Assembly (NCBI GenBank): GCA_051942205.1 | Contig: JAVECO010000009.1 | Coordinates: forward strand, 1-64,000 | Reading direction: 5' to 3' | Length of the DNA: 64,000 nt | From: Coniocarpon cinnabarinum | Taxonomy: Eukaryota | Shown here: piece after piece, positions 1 to 11,282 of the stretch | Layout: every line of letters starts with the position of its first letter | Numbering within the stretch: the stretch's first letter is position 1 | Program-made: the position numbers and the translations under genes | Notes under the pieces: model-generated | Databases searched by the model: none | What the model was told of the DNA's origin: nothing | What the model saw: the letters and a program-made list of their open reading frames with translations, nothing else

Positions 1-660
1 ATTCTATATTAGTTATATATAGAGAAAGCTAGACTTAATAAGTATCTATTAAAGATTAAGGCAGCTAATAGTAATCTATATAAATATAGATAGCTAGAGA
101 TAGTATAACACTTTCTCTTCTACTACCTAAGATAGAGAGAACACTATAGTATATTACTTAGTTACCCTTAATTTAGTAATATTGTACTCTTTCTTAGTAT
201 ATACTTAGCAATAAAACTACCTACTAGAGAACTAAAAGATAGTCTGCTATTAAGGTAGGCTCTAGATCTAGTAGTAGTTGCTACTACTATTAAGTACGCC
301 TATACTATAGAGCACCTCTTATACTAAAGATAGTACTTACCTACGTACGTCTCTCTACTAGCCTGCTACACCTTTGTACTACGCCGCTAAAGACTAGTAC
401 ACCTATAAGTATTAGCCTATAGATCAATAGGCTTTACTATAGAGCTTAGCAGGAGTTCTGCGTTAGATTGTACTACCCCTTCTTCTCTTAGTCTACCTTA
501 ACCCTATACCTAACTAACTAACGCATACGTCTAAACGCTCAAATATATTAAAGCACTGCTTTTTGGCAACTTAGAGACTCTGTTTGGTGAGACGAGAATT
601 AAATATGACTGCGGTTGAGCAGAATTGCTATATATAGTACTTACGTATGCTCATGCCTAC
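1..660. mobile_element. AT-rich, RIP-like degenerated repeat/transposon relic (truncated by window edge)
   Basis: Strong TpA excess (tag/cta/tat runs), few CpA/TpG, no ORF >=60 aa, and a return to ordinary composition by about 660-700. Element family not identifiable. Confidence 0.7.
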
Positions 661-679
661 TAGGGCGACACGGCACCTG

Positions 680-703
680 AATCAATCAATCAATCAATCA
701 ATT
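680..703 (+). repeat. (AATC)n microsatellite
   Basis: aatcaatcaatcaatcaatcaat seen directly. Confidence 0.9.
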
Positions 704-922
704 CCAAGCCACCCCACGTGAAACGTTCAGACTGCCAGCCATTCCACACTCACGCACACTTTCGTCTTTCCAAGTATCTCGCACCACTACTACATTGCGC
801 TGTCTCTTGCTTCTTCGAACTGATCTAGCACAACGTCCACATCCGTCACACCGCCTGGTTGGTCCCTTTGATCAGTCACCCACCTTCTCCAGATCCATCC
901 GCGAACAGCGCATTCCGCAAAT

Positions 923-2030
923 ATGGCTCAGGCGGCCAAGCGAGACAACTGGGGTACGTTGGCTCAATTTGATGCTATTTATTCGATACCCCTGTTAACT
1001 TAACGACGCGCAGACGACTCCGACGACGAGAGCACCCCGCCTTCGTCACCACCACCCGCCGCCGCCGCACCCCGACAAAGAAAGTTTGACGACGAAGAAG
1101 ACGACAGCGATGTACGTTGAGTTCGTTTTTCTCTACAACATGTCCTCTCGAAACGCCCTTCAACTTTCTTCCACACCTCAATAACGCAGCCACTTCATTC
1201 TCGCTTCCACTTGGCCCATGCTAACGATCATCAGGTTCTCGAATCCTGGGACGCCGCCGAAGACAGCGACGCCGAGCGCGAAAAAGCCAAAGCCGCAGCC
1301 GAAGCCAAAGCCCGCTCCGACGCTCAAGCACAAGCCAACAAAAAGTCCAAATCCCAACGCATCGAAGAACACCGCATGGCCAACATGCGCCGGCGCCAAC
1401 AAGAAGAGGAAGACGACGAGAACGACTCCTCCAGCGAAGACGAGGCCGAGAAGCGAATCAGGATGCGCCGTATGGAGAAGGAGGCCGATCTCAAGAATGC
1501 GGAGGACCTCTTTGGGGGAGTCAGTGTGAGCGATGAGAGTAAGAGTAAGGTCAATGACCGGAAGAAGAGCATTGTTCCCATTGATCCTGCAAATCCGGGG
1601 AAAACGCTGGACCTCTCGAGCTTGAAATTGTTTCAACCGAATACACGAGATCAGTTTCAAAATCTGCGAGAAGCAATCGGACCGCTGATAGCGAGCAACA
1701 GCCAAAAAGCGCCCTACGGCTCGTTTGCCGTGGAGTTCGCGAAAACCGTCTCCAAGGATATGACAAGTGAGCAGATTAAGAAGGTGGCATCTGGTCTGAC
1801 GACGCTGGCGAATGAGAAGATGAAAGAAGAGAAGGCGGCGGATAAGGGGAGTAAGAAGACGAAGGCAGCGAAGAGTAAGACGACGCTTAACGCGAGTCGG
1901 GATACGGTGGGGCGCGCGGATTTGAAGAGTTACGAAGATGATGGGTTGGCAGAGTGAGTGGTTTTCTTCTCTTTTCGTTTGGCTTGCTTGATGGTGGTGG
2001 GCTAACGTGTGCAGCGATGATTTTATGTGA
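923..2030 (+). CDS. HCR1: Eukaryotic translation initiation factor 3 subunit J; exons 923-953, 1014-1111, 1235-1953, 2015-2030
   Basis: Spliced protein MAQAAKRDNWDDSDDE...KFDDEED...VLESWDAAEDS...EKEADLKNAEDLFG...KKVASGLTTLANEKMKEEK...DDDFM; all introns GT-AG with branch-like sites. Confidence 0.92.
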
Positions 2031-2523
2031 GACTGCCGCGATTCACGTGCTTTACAGCATCGTGGCGCCATTCGTACACCTGCGATCAGCAAGGCGGCCT
2101 CAGTGACTGGACTGGATTGACCACCGCCCAAGAACGATCGATTCCACGCGCCACTGTCAATTTGAATGCTTCTCATGGCAGTCACGACAGCTATCTGAAA
2201 TTCCAATAAGGGATACTCGATACCGGATGTCGAGGCGTGGCAACAGCCAATCATCTTTGGTAGACGGGCGTCCGGTTGGAGCGAAAGACCTATAATACTA
2301 CCCATAACATCAGCGTTAGCGCGTCGTGCATTTTCCACAGCATTTCAGAATAGCAGGATCCAAAGTCCAATCTCCACATCCCTCTTTCTTTCGCGTCCTG
2401 CTTTCAAAATCAATAGCTTCGTCCCTCGCGTCGGTCGCTTCGCAAGTCTGTGCACCTGTTGCAAAGACGGAATGGGTTTTCGTTGCGGTCATGCAACCTT
2501 GGTAGATTGGGTACCGCGTTCAA

Positions 2524-2571
2524 CTCGGCTGGGCTGGACTGGGCTGGGTTGGGCTGGGCTGAGTTGGGCTG
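2524..2571 (+). repeat. Degenerate (GGGCT)n pentanucleotide tract
   Basis: ctcggctgggctggactgggctgggttgggctgggctgagttgggctg. Confidence 0.8.
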
Positions 2572-2878
2572 CAAAAGCGTCACGCAAGATAGGCTCTATT
2601 CTCGACGAAGACAAGGGGAAAGCGCCGAGGATTCTATGGTCATGAAGTCTTCTCATCACCAGAACGGAGACGTTGCGTCTTCCAACCTGATGACTTCTTG
2701 TGATCCGTTCTTATTTCCCCGTCACTCCTCCAAACTAAACTCGACTACATGCCTAGTCCCCATCCACCTGCTTTCTTCCTCTCTTCCCCTTTTTCTCCTC
2801 CTCTCCAACTCTACCTCCTCCCCGACTCTATCTCCTCCCTGACTCTATCTCCTCCCACCATCCTCACGCTCGTGCGTC

Positions 2879-4635
2879 TCACCTCTCCCCCTTCTCAAGA
2901 CGCGCACACTCCTCTCGTCCACGCCAGTACCCCACCATCTCACTCCGCAAGCCCTCCCATAACTTGGACAACGTCTCATCACCGCCCATAGCGCCGTCGT
3001 CATCAGCGCCTACCCACAGTTTTTCGTGGAAGGAGCGCACCCCGGCTTCGAGGTCGCGATGGGAGGGCCAGTTGGTGTTCCAGTGCCAATTCAGCAAGTT
3101 CCAGGGCTGTGCCTGTTAGTTTGTCATCTATGAGGTAGGCCCTGTGATGTGCAGTAGGGGATGTGAGTGGTGTGATGGGTGAGGTAGGTAGCTGTCACGA
3201 TGTATGGAGCGGGCTTGTGGACGTACCATTTGGCCTTGTGGCCGGAAGACGAAGTTGAGGAGATCTTGCTCGGGGAAGGTGGAGGGGAAGAGCTCGAGCT
3301 CGTGATGGCTGTTTGATTGTCAGTGTTTGCATTGCCATGGAGATTGAAGTATCCGTGAGGAAAAGCGACTGCTTCAGATAAGCAGTGACGACAGGTTGGG
3401 AACACTCACCTCAACAGCTGCATGAAGTACTCAAACATCGCCCTGTCTGGACCCAACACGAAGAAGCCGGCATTCAGATAGCTGGAGTGCGGACTCTTGA
3501 TATGAGTCTTTGGCTTGTTTCCCGACTTGTTATCGGAGTCGTCGGAGGAAAGCGGCGTCGAGGCTAGATGTAAAGTCGGTGGAATATCGTGATCTCGACC
3601 CCAGGTGTCGCCTTTGCCAGCGAAGATGTAAGTAGCTGGAAGCGTGAAGGTGTTCTTGTCGACCTCGGCATCTTCTTCGTAACCTGGCTCGTCTTGCGCG
3701 TCATCTTCTTCATCAAGGCCGTCGTTCATGGCAATATCGTTGTCAGCGTCCACACTTTCATCATTCTGATCGTCTTCCCTCTTCTCGAGGTTCCTCTCGT
3801 CTGCGTCTGAGTCTCCGTGGTCGTTGACTATAACTTTAAAACCGGCATGACCACCTTCTTTCCTTTCAGTCCTTCTCACAGCAGTCGCCTCGTCCTCAAA
3901 GACCATATCCAGTGTCTTCCACACCAGTGTATCCGCATCAATGAAACAGACCTTGTCGAATTCTTCGAGCTCCCACAATCGCAGCTTCGCCAACACGGCC
4001 GCCCATCTTGGGCTCCCAAGCCCTTTCATGATCCACTTGTGGGCAATGGGCGCGACCGGGACGAGCACTGCACCATCTTTCTCGAGACGCGCGAGTTGCC
4101 ATCTTGGAACATTTGGTGTATGCAGCACAAGCACTGGGATCGTATGGTTTCGATGTGAAGCCGAGCGCGGAGAGTGAAGAAGAGAATAGAGCAGGACACG
4201 GGTGGAGAGGTAGTACGATGTCCCTTCTGGTTCATCGTCGTCGAGGTCATTGTCGAGATCGAAGGGATCCAAGATCGCGCCATCGAGATCTGAAGTGAAG
4301 GCAGACGCCGGTCTGCCTAGTGTGAGATTCTCAGCAACGACGGCAGCGGCTTGTGCTGCGAGCTCGAAGTCGTTGGGAACTTCGAGCAGGGAAGAAACGT
4401 ATGCCTCTTCGATGGGGGTGGGCCCTGTGAGGAACGTAGCAAAGGCGTAACGAGGTCGAAGTTCATCGTCCGTGACATGCTGCTCGCGCCCGACCGGTAG
4501 TATTGAGAAGAATGGGGCTGAATCAGACCAGTATAAGGCAGTGGAGAAGTCGGAGATATGTGTGAATGAGAAGTTGATGATGACACAGGCCAGGAAGAAT
4601 GATACGCAGACGACCAATAGGCGACGAAGAGGCAT
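2879..4635 (-). CDS. Glycosyltransferase family 8 protein with N-terminal signal anchor (3 exons)
   Basis: MPLRRLLVVCVSFF TM segment; YAFATFL; KLRLWELEEFDKVCFIDAD (DxD); YLNAGFFVLGP; spliced FPEQDLLNFVFRPQGQM|PWNLLNWHWN...SFHEKLW. Confidence 0.88.
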
Positions 4636-4950
4636 CGCCTTGTTGTGCCTCGTCCCACAGGATAGAGGAAGCCAAAGACGCCTCAGGTCAGTGCTCGTCG
4701 TAGTTGCAGCCCTCCCCAGTCGTGTTTTCGAGAAGCAAGGGATGATGGCATGCAATAGCCCATTTGTCCACGCGAACTTCTGGAACAACCTGCGGATCCT
4801 TCTGTGCTTTTTAAGCGCATGTTTATCTGCAACAATCGTGAAATGATCACAAGAACGCTGCGAATTCAAAATTTAGATTCTGGTGGACCCACAGCACGCC
4901 TGATTTGTCTGGTTAAGTCTGCTCATCGGCGACAAGCCCTTCAATCTCAA

Positions 4951-5634
4951 TCATTCTCTGCCTCGCTTGCTTCCAGCTAGCTGGCTGGCTTTGCTAAACT
5001 CAATACCATTCCGCTCCTTCCTAGTCGCCGTTTCATGTTTCTTCCTCTCTTCTTCAAGGCTCTCCACATACTGACTTTCATGGAATCCATCTGGCCCACC
5101 TACCTGCAGCTCCGGCGGCAAAGCACTCGCCCAGCTTTCCTTCTCTGTAATCCCCGCAAAGTCCATGAGATTTCCAAACATACTAGGATTACGCAACGCC
5201 GGTTTCGAAGCCAGCGTCTCGTTCAGGTGGACACCCTGGGCCTTGAGCTCTAGGAACCGCTGCACTCTGGCCGTCATGTCAGGATCTGGAGAGCCAGGCG
5301 GTGAGGGCGGAATATCAATATTGGGCACTGGAGGGAGAGTGAGGTTCTGCATTAGATGACGCGAAGCTGTCTCTGGCGACTCCTCGCGAGACGGAGGCCT
5401 GCTCGTTGACTCAGCTGGCGCCGCTGAGGGGCCAGCTACAGGGCCTCTTGCAGGGCCAATAGAAGGCACCCCCTGCTCAGTATTCGAGACCCTTTCACTT
5501 GCCGGCTGAGGCTGGGGAGCAGTAGTGCCAATAGTTTTTTGAGCATCCGCTCCGTTCACCTTTGCAGATTCGTTATTCGGCCTGCCTTCTTCTTCTTCTT
5601 CGTCGCTGCTCTCATAGGCTGCAAGACCTTGCAT
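4951..5634 (-). CDS. HCNGP/SAP30-binding-protein-like nuclear protein
   Basis: MQGLAAYESSDEE start; PPSPPGSPDP...RFLELKAQGVHLN...ALRNPS...LMDFAGI is typical of this family. Confidence 0.85.
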   Translation of the reverse strand: MQGLAAYESSDEEEEEGRPNNESAKVNGADAQKTIGTTAPQPQPASERVSNTEQGVPSIGPARGPVAGPSAAPAESTSRPPSREESPETASRHLMQNLTLPPVPNIDIPPSPPGSPDPDMTARVQRFLELKAQGVHLNETLASKPALRNPSMFGNLMDFAGITEKESWASALPPELQVGGPDGFHESQYVESLEEERKKHETATRKERNGIEFSKASQLAGSKRGRE

Positions 5635-5887
5635 TCTTTATGGGCACAAGCTGAGTGAAGCATTGGGCAATCCGCCGTGGCTGGAAATCTTGCAGACAAT
5701 AAGCACAGAAGCCTAATATATTCAGTGTTCAAGATACGCTAGCCAGTATAAGACTAGTGTATCGAGTTACAAGCAAGGTAAGGTACGCAACAGCTGCGGA
5801 TGCCTTTAGATGCAAGCATCTTCATCTCTGGCCACTTTGACGCTTCTGATCTTCTCCCGTTAGTTCAAAGCGTCTTTTGTAAAAATC

Positions 5888-6731
5888 ATGGGCACCGTAT
5901 TCAACGCTGGTGGTCCACTAGCTCCTCAAGCCTTCCCAGCCGCAGCCCCATCAGACGCTTCACAACCACGAGAACACCGCTTCTACCCGTTCGTGATATC
6001 TAGCTCTCGCTTTGAATCTCCATAGCTAATGTGGCTGCAGCTACACCGACAATGGCGGTAGCACTCTCGGTATCGCTAGCACAGACTTCACCATTCTCGC
6101 AGGTGATACCCGCTCCACTTCCGGCTACAGCATCAACACGCGCTACGCCCCCAAGCTCTTTAAAATCGGCGCCTCCGCTCCCGACGATGACTCCGATGCC
6201 AACATCGTCCTCTCAATCGTCGGCTACATGGCTGATGGCAACGTGCTGCGCGAGCGTCTCGACACGACGATGAAGTTATACTACCATCAACATGGCAAGC
6301 AGATGTCGCTGGAGGCGTGCGCGCAGCGGTTAAGCCATTTGTTGTATTCCAAGCGATTCTTCCCTTTCTATGTGACGTGCATACTGGGCGGTCTGGATAA
6401 GGAGGGCAAAGGGGCCATCTACAGTTATGATCCTGTGGGATCGTACGAGCGGGAAAGTTGCAGAGCGGCTGGTGCTGCAAGCAGTCTGATTATGCCATTC
6501 CTGGATAATCAGGTCAAGAGGCAGAATCTTTACGTACCAGGTAGTGGACATGGTCATGACCTAGTGGCGCAAGAGGCGAAGCCGCTGGCAAGGAATGATG
6601 CGGAGCAGCTCATCGAAGATGTCTTCAGCGGGGCCGTCGAGAGACATATCGAGGTTGGTGATGGGCTGCAGATGATGATTGTGACAAAGGAGGGCATCAA
6701 AGAAGTGTACAGACCACTCAAGCAGGATTAA
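5888..6731 (+). CDS. PRE7: 20S proteasome subunit beta-6; intron 5989-6040
   Basis: EHRFYP|YTDNGGSTLGI...LAGDTRSTSGYSINTR...LLYSKRFFPFYV...YSYDPVGSYERE...AVERHIEVGDGL...LKQD. Confidence 0.95.
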
Positions 6732-6901
6732 GGTACTGCATGTATCATTTGTAATACCACACCGATCAACTGCTCGATCCTGCCGTGCGATAGCTAGTTG
6801 TTCAGCTCTTCTAGCGTGTCTCGTCAGATGCGTCATCTTTATTGATCTCGTGTACCCTGACTCCGCGCTATGCAAATCGTTGATCATAGCTCTAGAATCT
6901 C

Positions 6902-7723
6902 TTAGAATCGCTCCTTCATCCTCGCGCTCACGGTCCGCAAATTGCCGTATACCTTCCCGGGCGGGCTCCCAAGGATCAGACTGACCACAGCCTCTCTTGC
7001 CATGTGTATCTCTTTGAACCCACCCAAGATATGCACCGTCTGCCCCTCAAGACTGACTCTTGTCCTGGTCGCATTCTCAATCGCAAACTTAGTCTTCCCA
7101 TCTTTGCCCGCAATACGTCCAATTGCGCGACCCAAGTGTTCACCACTGAGCATCTTGACGTCTTTGATCTCAAAGGTCTCAATATACAGATCATCCAATC
7201 TCAGCAGAGCGATCGCATCATCCACATCGAAACCCAAGCAGAACGCCTTGCAAAAGTCCTCGCCTTTCTGCAGTGAAGCGTTATCAATCGTGTATCTCGA
7301 CGTGCGGAGCTCGATGGTCTTCTTCTGCGGTACCATACGAACTTGGAGCTTCAAGTGCTGAACGAGTGGTGGGTAGATTTTGGGCCACATGGACTTGAGA
7401 GGTGTCATACGATGTGGAGGTACTAGCACTTTACGGGTCTCCGTGCGGATCCTTGGGCGTGACTTCGCCTCCGGCGCAAATTGAGGCCTGCCATCGGCAT
7501 CGATTTGCATGGGCGCTGGCTGTGAGGCATTTTCGTCTAATGGTGGGGCGTCTGGTAGGGTATCTGTGGATATTGTTGGTGCTTCTGTAGGCGCAGTGGC
7601 GTCGGCGGCGGTGGCAGCAACGGGACCTGTGTCGATTGGCTGATCGTTTGATCCTAGCGCTGTGGAAGCTTCCTCTTCAGCAAGATGTTCTGGAGCGCGC
7701 AGTAGCGCTGTTGGAGCCGGCAT
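6902..7723 (-). CDS. PNO1: Pre-rRNA-processing KH-domain protein Pno1/Dim2
   Basis: RKVLVPPHRMTPLK...DDAIALLRLDDLYIETFEIKDVK...GRIAGKDGKTKFAIENATRTR...GSPPGKVYGNLRTVSARMKERF. Confidence 0.95.
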   Translation of the reverse strand: MPAPTALLRAPEHLAEEEASTALGSNDQPIDTGPVAATAADATAPTEAPTISTDTLPDAPPLDENASQPAPMQIDADGRPQFAPEAKSRPRIRTETRKVLVPPHRMTPLKSMWPKIYPPLVQHLKLQVRMVPQKKTIELRTSRYTIDNASLQKGEDFCKAFCLGFDVDDAIALLRLDDLYIETFEIKDVKMLSGEHLGRAIGRIAGKDGKTKFAIENATRTRVSLEGQTVHILGGFKEIHMAREAVVSLILGSPPGKVYGNLRTVSARMKERF

Positions 7724-8339
7724 TTTGGTTCGATGTTTTAATATTGAGAGAGCTGCAAGCACATGAAATTTCGCAGAAAGTGTCCGTGCACGACTGACTA
7801 ATTAGTACAGGGAGTCCAGGCACGCCAGGTAATACGTTGAGCAATGATCTTCTTGCCTTGATCTATGCAGCTTTCAAGCGTTCCCAGAATGAATCGTTAG
7901 TTCCACCCAGATAAACTCTCACTTGCTTTCGACCAAGCGATTTCGGAAGTATGCGAGATCCCCGTGCCAATGGTGGAGATTTTAGTCAGACTCAACAATA
8001 GACGTCGCAATTTTATCACGCTTAAGGCATGTAAGCAAAGATAAAAGCTCGACGTGAATATGTTGAGGGTTCATTTGAGTTATGAAGATTGCATCAAATT
8101 AACGTGTATGGTGATACACTGACCCATCTGAGTGACCCACACTGGTCTCCAAGTGCACTGCGAAAGCTTCAAGATATAGGTTGCACTCATTCTATACTCC
8201 TTAGGCGCTGGCCGCAGAAATTTCAACGTGTCGCTCATGTCATCCATTGGTAAAAGACACCTGAGCAGCATACTTTCTCCTTGCCCGTCAGGGACTTTGG
8301 ACATCCTCTCCAAGGTTGCGCACCTTCGAGATTCGTTTC

Positions 8340-9458
8340 TTAGTCCTCGTGTGGCTCTTGGGCCATCAGCTGCATTGGATTAGCGGAATTGTCATACAGG
8401 AGAGAACTGAGCTGATGGAAAAGTTGGGCATCAGATTCATCCTCGCCGTTACGTCCTTCAGGGTGTGGACTGTGGTACGGATTATAGATCCCGTTTGGAA
8501 GTTCCGGAGAACGATGTTCTTGCGTGTGAATTCCTACTGGCTGATGCGATCTTAGCGACGATCAAAGCGCAGGCAGAGCGGAACTTACAACGGAGATTTC
8601 ATCGGGATCGAATGTGGAAGTATCGAGGCACTGGCCATCTTGAGGGTCAGACCAGTCGCTCCGACGCCATATGCAAGGACTGTGGTTTGGGCTCCGGACA
8701 TCGTTTGAGCGTGCCGGGGACTGGCATTCTTGCGCATGAATCTCTGCTGGCTGACACGATTTTAGTAATATGTAAGACGCGGGCGGAGCGAAGCCTACTT
8801 TCGAAGCCCATGGTCGGAACTCCCCATGATGATCCTGCTCTCTCCGGCTCTCAGCTTCCCTTTGTCGGCGCTCCCGGGTCTCATGACTTCGCCAAGAGTC
8901 GTACGCTTTGAGGTGCTCTATGTTTAGAAAGTAAGCTTCGCTTCAATGCGTAGCAGTGACGAACAAGCATAGAGGCTCTTGATAGGTCACCAGCTTCTAC
9001 TTTTGGGTTGCCCTACCATTGTGTGTACGCCTGTACTCTTGTTGCTTTGCCTTGATCTCTGGCTTATGCTCTTGATAGTACTTTCGGATCGCGACCCTAT
9101 TCTCTGCCTTGATTGCTTCACTATTTTTTTGCCTGTACTCTTGTTTCTTTGCCTTGATCTCTGGCTTATGCTCTTGATAGTATACTCCATTCCTTGCCTT
9201 GATTGCTTCACGATTCTCTTGATAGTAGATTTGCTTCTTTTCACCCATTCCCCCCTTGTGCTCTTGATAGTATGCCCGGCTCGGGCCCCTTTTCTTTGCC
9301 TGCATTTTTTCTTTGTTTTTTTCATAGTATGCCCGTGCTCGGTCCCTCTTCTTCTGCCTCTTCGCGTCAACCCCATTTGCCTCACCAACTTCAGCAGACG
9401 GTCTGTCTTCGGCAACATTCTGAAAGTCGCTTGTCGAAAGAGCACGACGGCGAGGCAT
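8340..9458 (-). CDS. Orphan protein with YYQE(H/N)K-type basic helical repeats; predicted exons 9458-9017, 8917-8799, 8750-8589, 8540-8340
   Basis: Three GT-AG introns (99, 48, 48 nt) with CTAA-type branch-like sites join one open frame ending ...QEPHED*; repeats YYEKNKEK/YYQEHK/YYQENREAIKA. Confidence 0.65.
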
Positions 9459-9579
9459 TTTCAGGTATCTCTCGAGATGCAGTTGATGTTACAAACCACT
9501 CAAGGTGGAAGTACAGATAACATTGCAGGTCCACGCGAAGCCTTCATCAATCACATAGAGTCTGCTTTGCAAACACCAC

Positions 9580-9805
9580 ACCGACGTCAGTGCGCGACAC
9601 ATGACATGCTTGACCGAAGTCCAAGCCTCAAAGCTGGCCATGTTGGTCGTTGTGCCATTCAAGACAAACAGAACACCCAACGGACCGCGTCAGGGCCAAC
9701 GCCGGCTTACATGTTTGAAAGCATGACGCAGGTTAGAATCAAGTTTCATTAAATACTAATCGTTACACAATGAGAGCGTGTCTTGTGGCACACGCACTGC
9801 TTTGA
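9580..9805. repeat. Dispersed direct repeat, copy 1 (copy 2 at about 10510-10755)
   Basis: ccgacgtcagtgcgcgacacatg.catgcttgaccgaagtccaagcctcaaagctggc...tttgaaagcatgacgcag...aatgagagcgtgtcttgt.gcacacgca present at both loci. Confidence 0.85.
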
Positions 9806-10017
9806 GCCATGCTCACCAAAATCAGGGTGCGATTGAAAGCACAAGGAAAAGTCATACGTCGCAATAACCATCTCGCAGGACATTGTGCACTCGTGGAGGT
9901 CTCGTCAGACTTCAATAGATCTCGCATCTGACGCCTCAGTGGCCCGCTGTTAAGACGGCATCAGCACGGTGCTTCTCGCGGGCATATACAGGCGATATTG
10001 ATGTACGAGTGCTTCAT

Positions 10018-10329
10018 TCAAGAGGTCCCATTCTGACGGCCCTCCTCCGGTTTCTGAGCCTCCCAAGCCTCTCTGATCGTTTTATCTTTGATATCTGCTA
10101 TGAAGCGATCAAGTTCAGAAACTGGAATCAACGTTCAGTGGCAGCGTGCAATCATTGATACATGGATCTTACGCGACTTCCCACAGCCACATGGCACGCA
10201 ATGATTTTCTTCGGACGATTTGCCTTCGCAATGATACCCTCCGTTTCGAGCGAAATATTCGGCGCGGCCCGGGCAGAAATCGCAATGTTTGGGATCAGAG
10301 CCAGGTTTGATGAAACTCGAACATTCCAT
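10018..10329 (-). CDS. Small Cys/His-rich orphan protein, 86 aa, paralog A; intron 10172-10122
   Basis: MECSSFIKPGSDPKHCDFCPGRAEYFARNGGYHCEG...HCVPCGCGKS|LSELDRFIADIKDK...; 51-nt phase-1 GT-AG intron at the same position as in paralog B. Confidence 0.7.
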
Positions 10330-10450
10330 CGTCAGGACTTTGTGTGGTTCGAGCTCTAAAGTTGGTATTAATTGAAGATAGAGTATTGGCGTTGCTGGCG
10401 AAGATTGCACTTTGGGCTGTTGTAGGGGAGTAGCTCAGTCCAAGAAAACC

Positions 10451-10755
10451 CAGCGACATTCATTCTTTTGTAACCTCGCAGGCAGACACCGAGCAAACGC
10501 ACATGGCTCACCGACGTCAGTGCGCGACACATGGCATGCTTGACCGAAGTCCAAGCCTCAAAGCTGGCTATGTTGGTCATTGTGCCACTCAAGACAGAGC
10601 AGCCTCGCTTACACGCGGATACCGCAACGGACCGTCTCGGTGCCCACGCAAGCTTACAGGTTTGAAAGCATGACGCAGTATATTATCAGATTTTATTAAA
10701 TCTTGGCTATTACAAAATGAGAGCGTGTCTTGTAGCACACGCATTGCCTTGAGCA
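10451..10755. repeat. Composite repeat: about 10451-10509 matches 11417-11476; about 10510-10755 matches 9580-9805
   Basis: cagcgacat.cattcttttgta.cctcgcaggcagacaccgagcaaacg.acatggctc is shared with 11417-11476 and abuts the other repeat. Confidence 0.85.
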
Positions 10756-10964
10756 ATCTCCAACAGACAATAATGCGTTACAGGATTCATAGAGAATCCT
10801 TGACATCATTAGGTCGTGACAGCGACCCAGTGGCTGCGTTCGTCATGCTTTTCGTACAGTACCAGAGCGGCATTGGAGTCAGCGATTAATAGACTTGATG
10901 TCTTGACAATATCCGCACACTGTCGTTGGTACACTGATGCTGACAGGACCGAGAAAGTCGCAGC

Positions 10965-11282
10965 CTAGGCTGAGCCCTCGTTGTTATTATCGCTTTCGTT
11001 AGAGTCCTGCTTCTCCCCATTCTTCTCCTTCTCTTCGCTATCGAGCGCTCGGAAAAATGCCAGAAATTCCTGTTCTGAAATGGAATTTCAACAGATGCGT
11101 GGATCGTCAAATATGGATGACTTACCGGATTTCGCGTTGCAGATGCATTTCTCACAATGCTCGGTCCTACCTGTCGGCGTGAGAGTAGATCCGCCCGGGC
11201 ACTCATAGCCTCCATTAAGGTTGTCCCACCGCGGGTGCCCTGCGCAGCCTCCACAATGGCTGTATAGCACCCGTTGTGGCAT
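10965..11282 (-). CDS. Small Cys/His-rich orphan protein, 88 aa, paralog B; intron 11125-11075
   Basis: MPQRVLYSHCGGCAGHPRWDNLNGGYECPG...HCEKCICNAKS|EQEFLAFFRALDSE...; GTAAGT donor, 51-nt intron. Confidence 0.72.

Noticed and set aside
1178..2338. 386-aa minus-strand ORF
   Set aside because: Antisense shadow of the eIF3j gene with no recognisable domain.
8979..9752. 257-aa hydrophobic plus-strand ORF that looks like a membrane protein
   Set aside because: Antisense of the purine-rich repeat exon; the Leu/Phe richness follows from complementing Lys/Glu codons.
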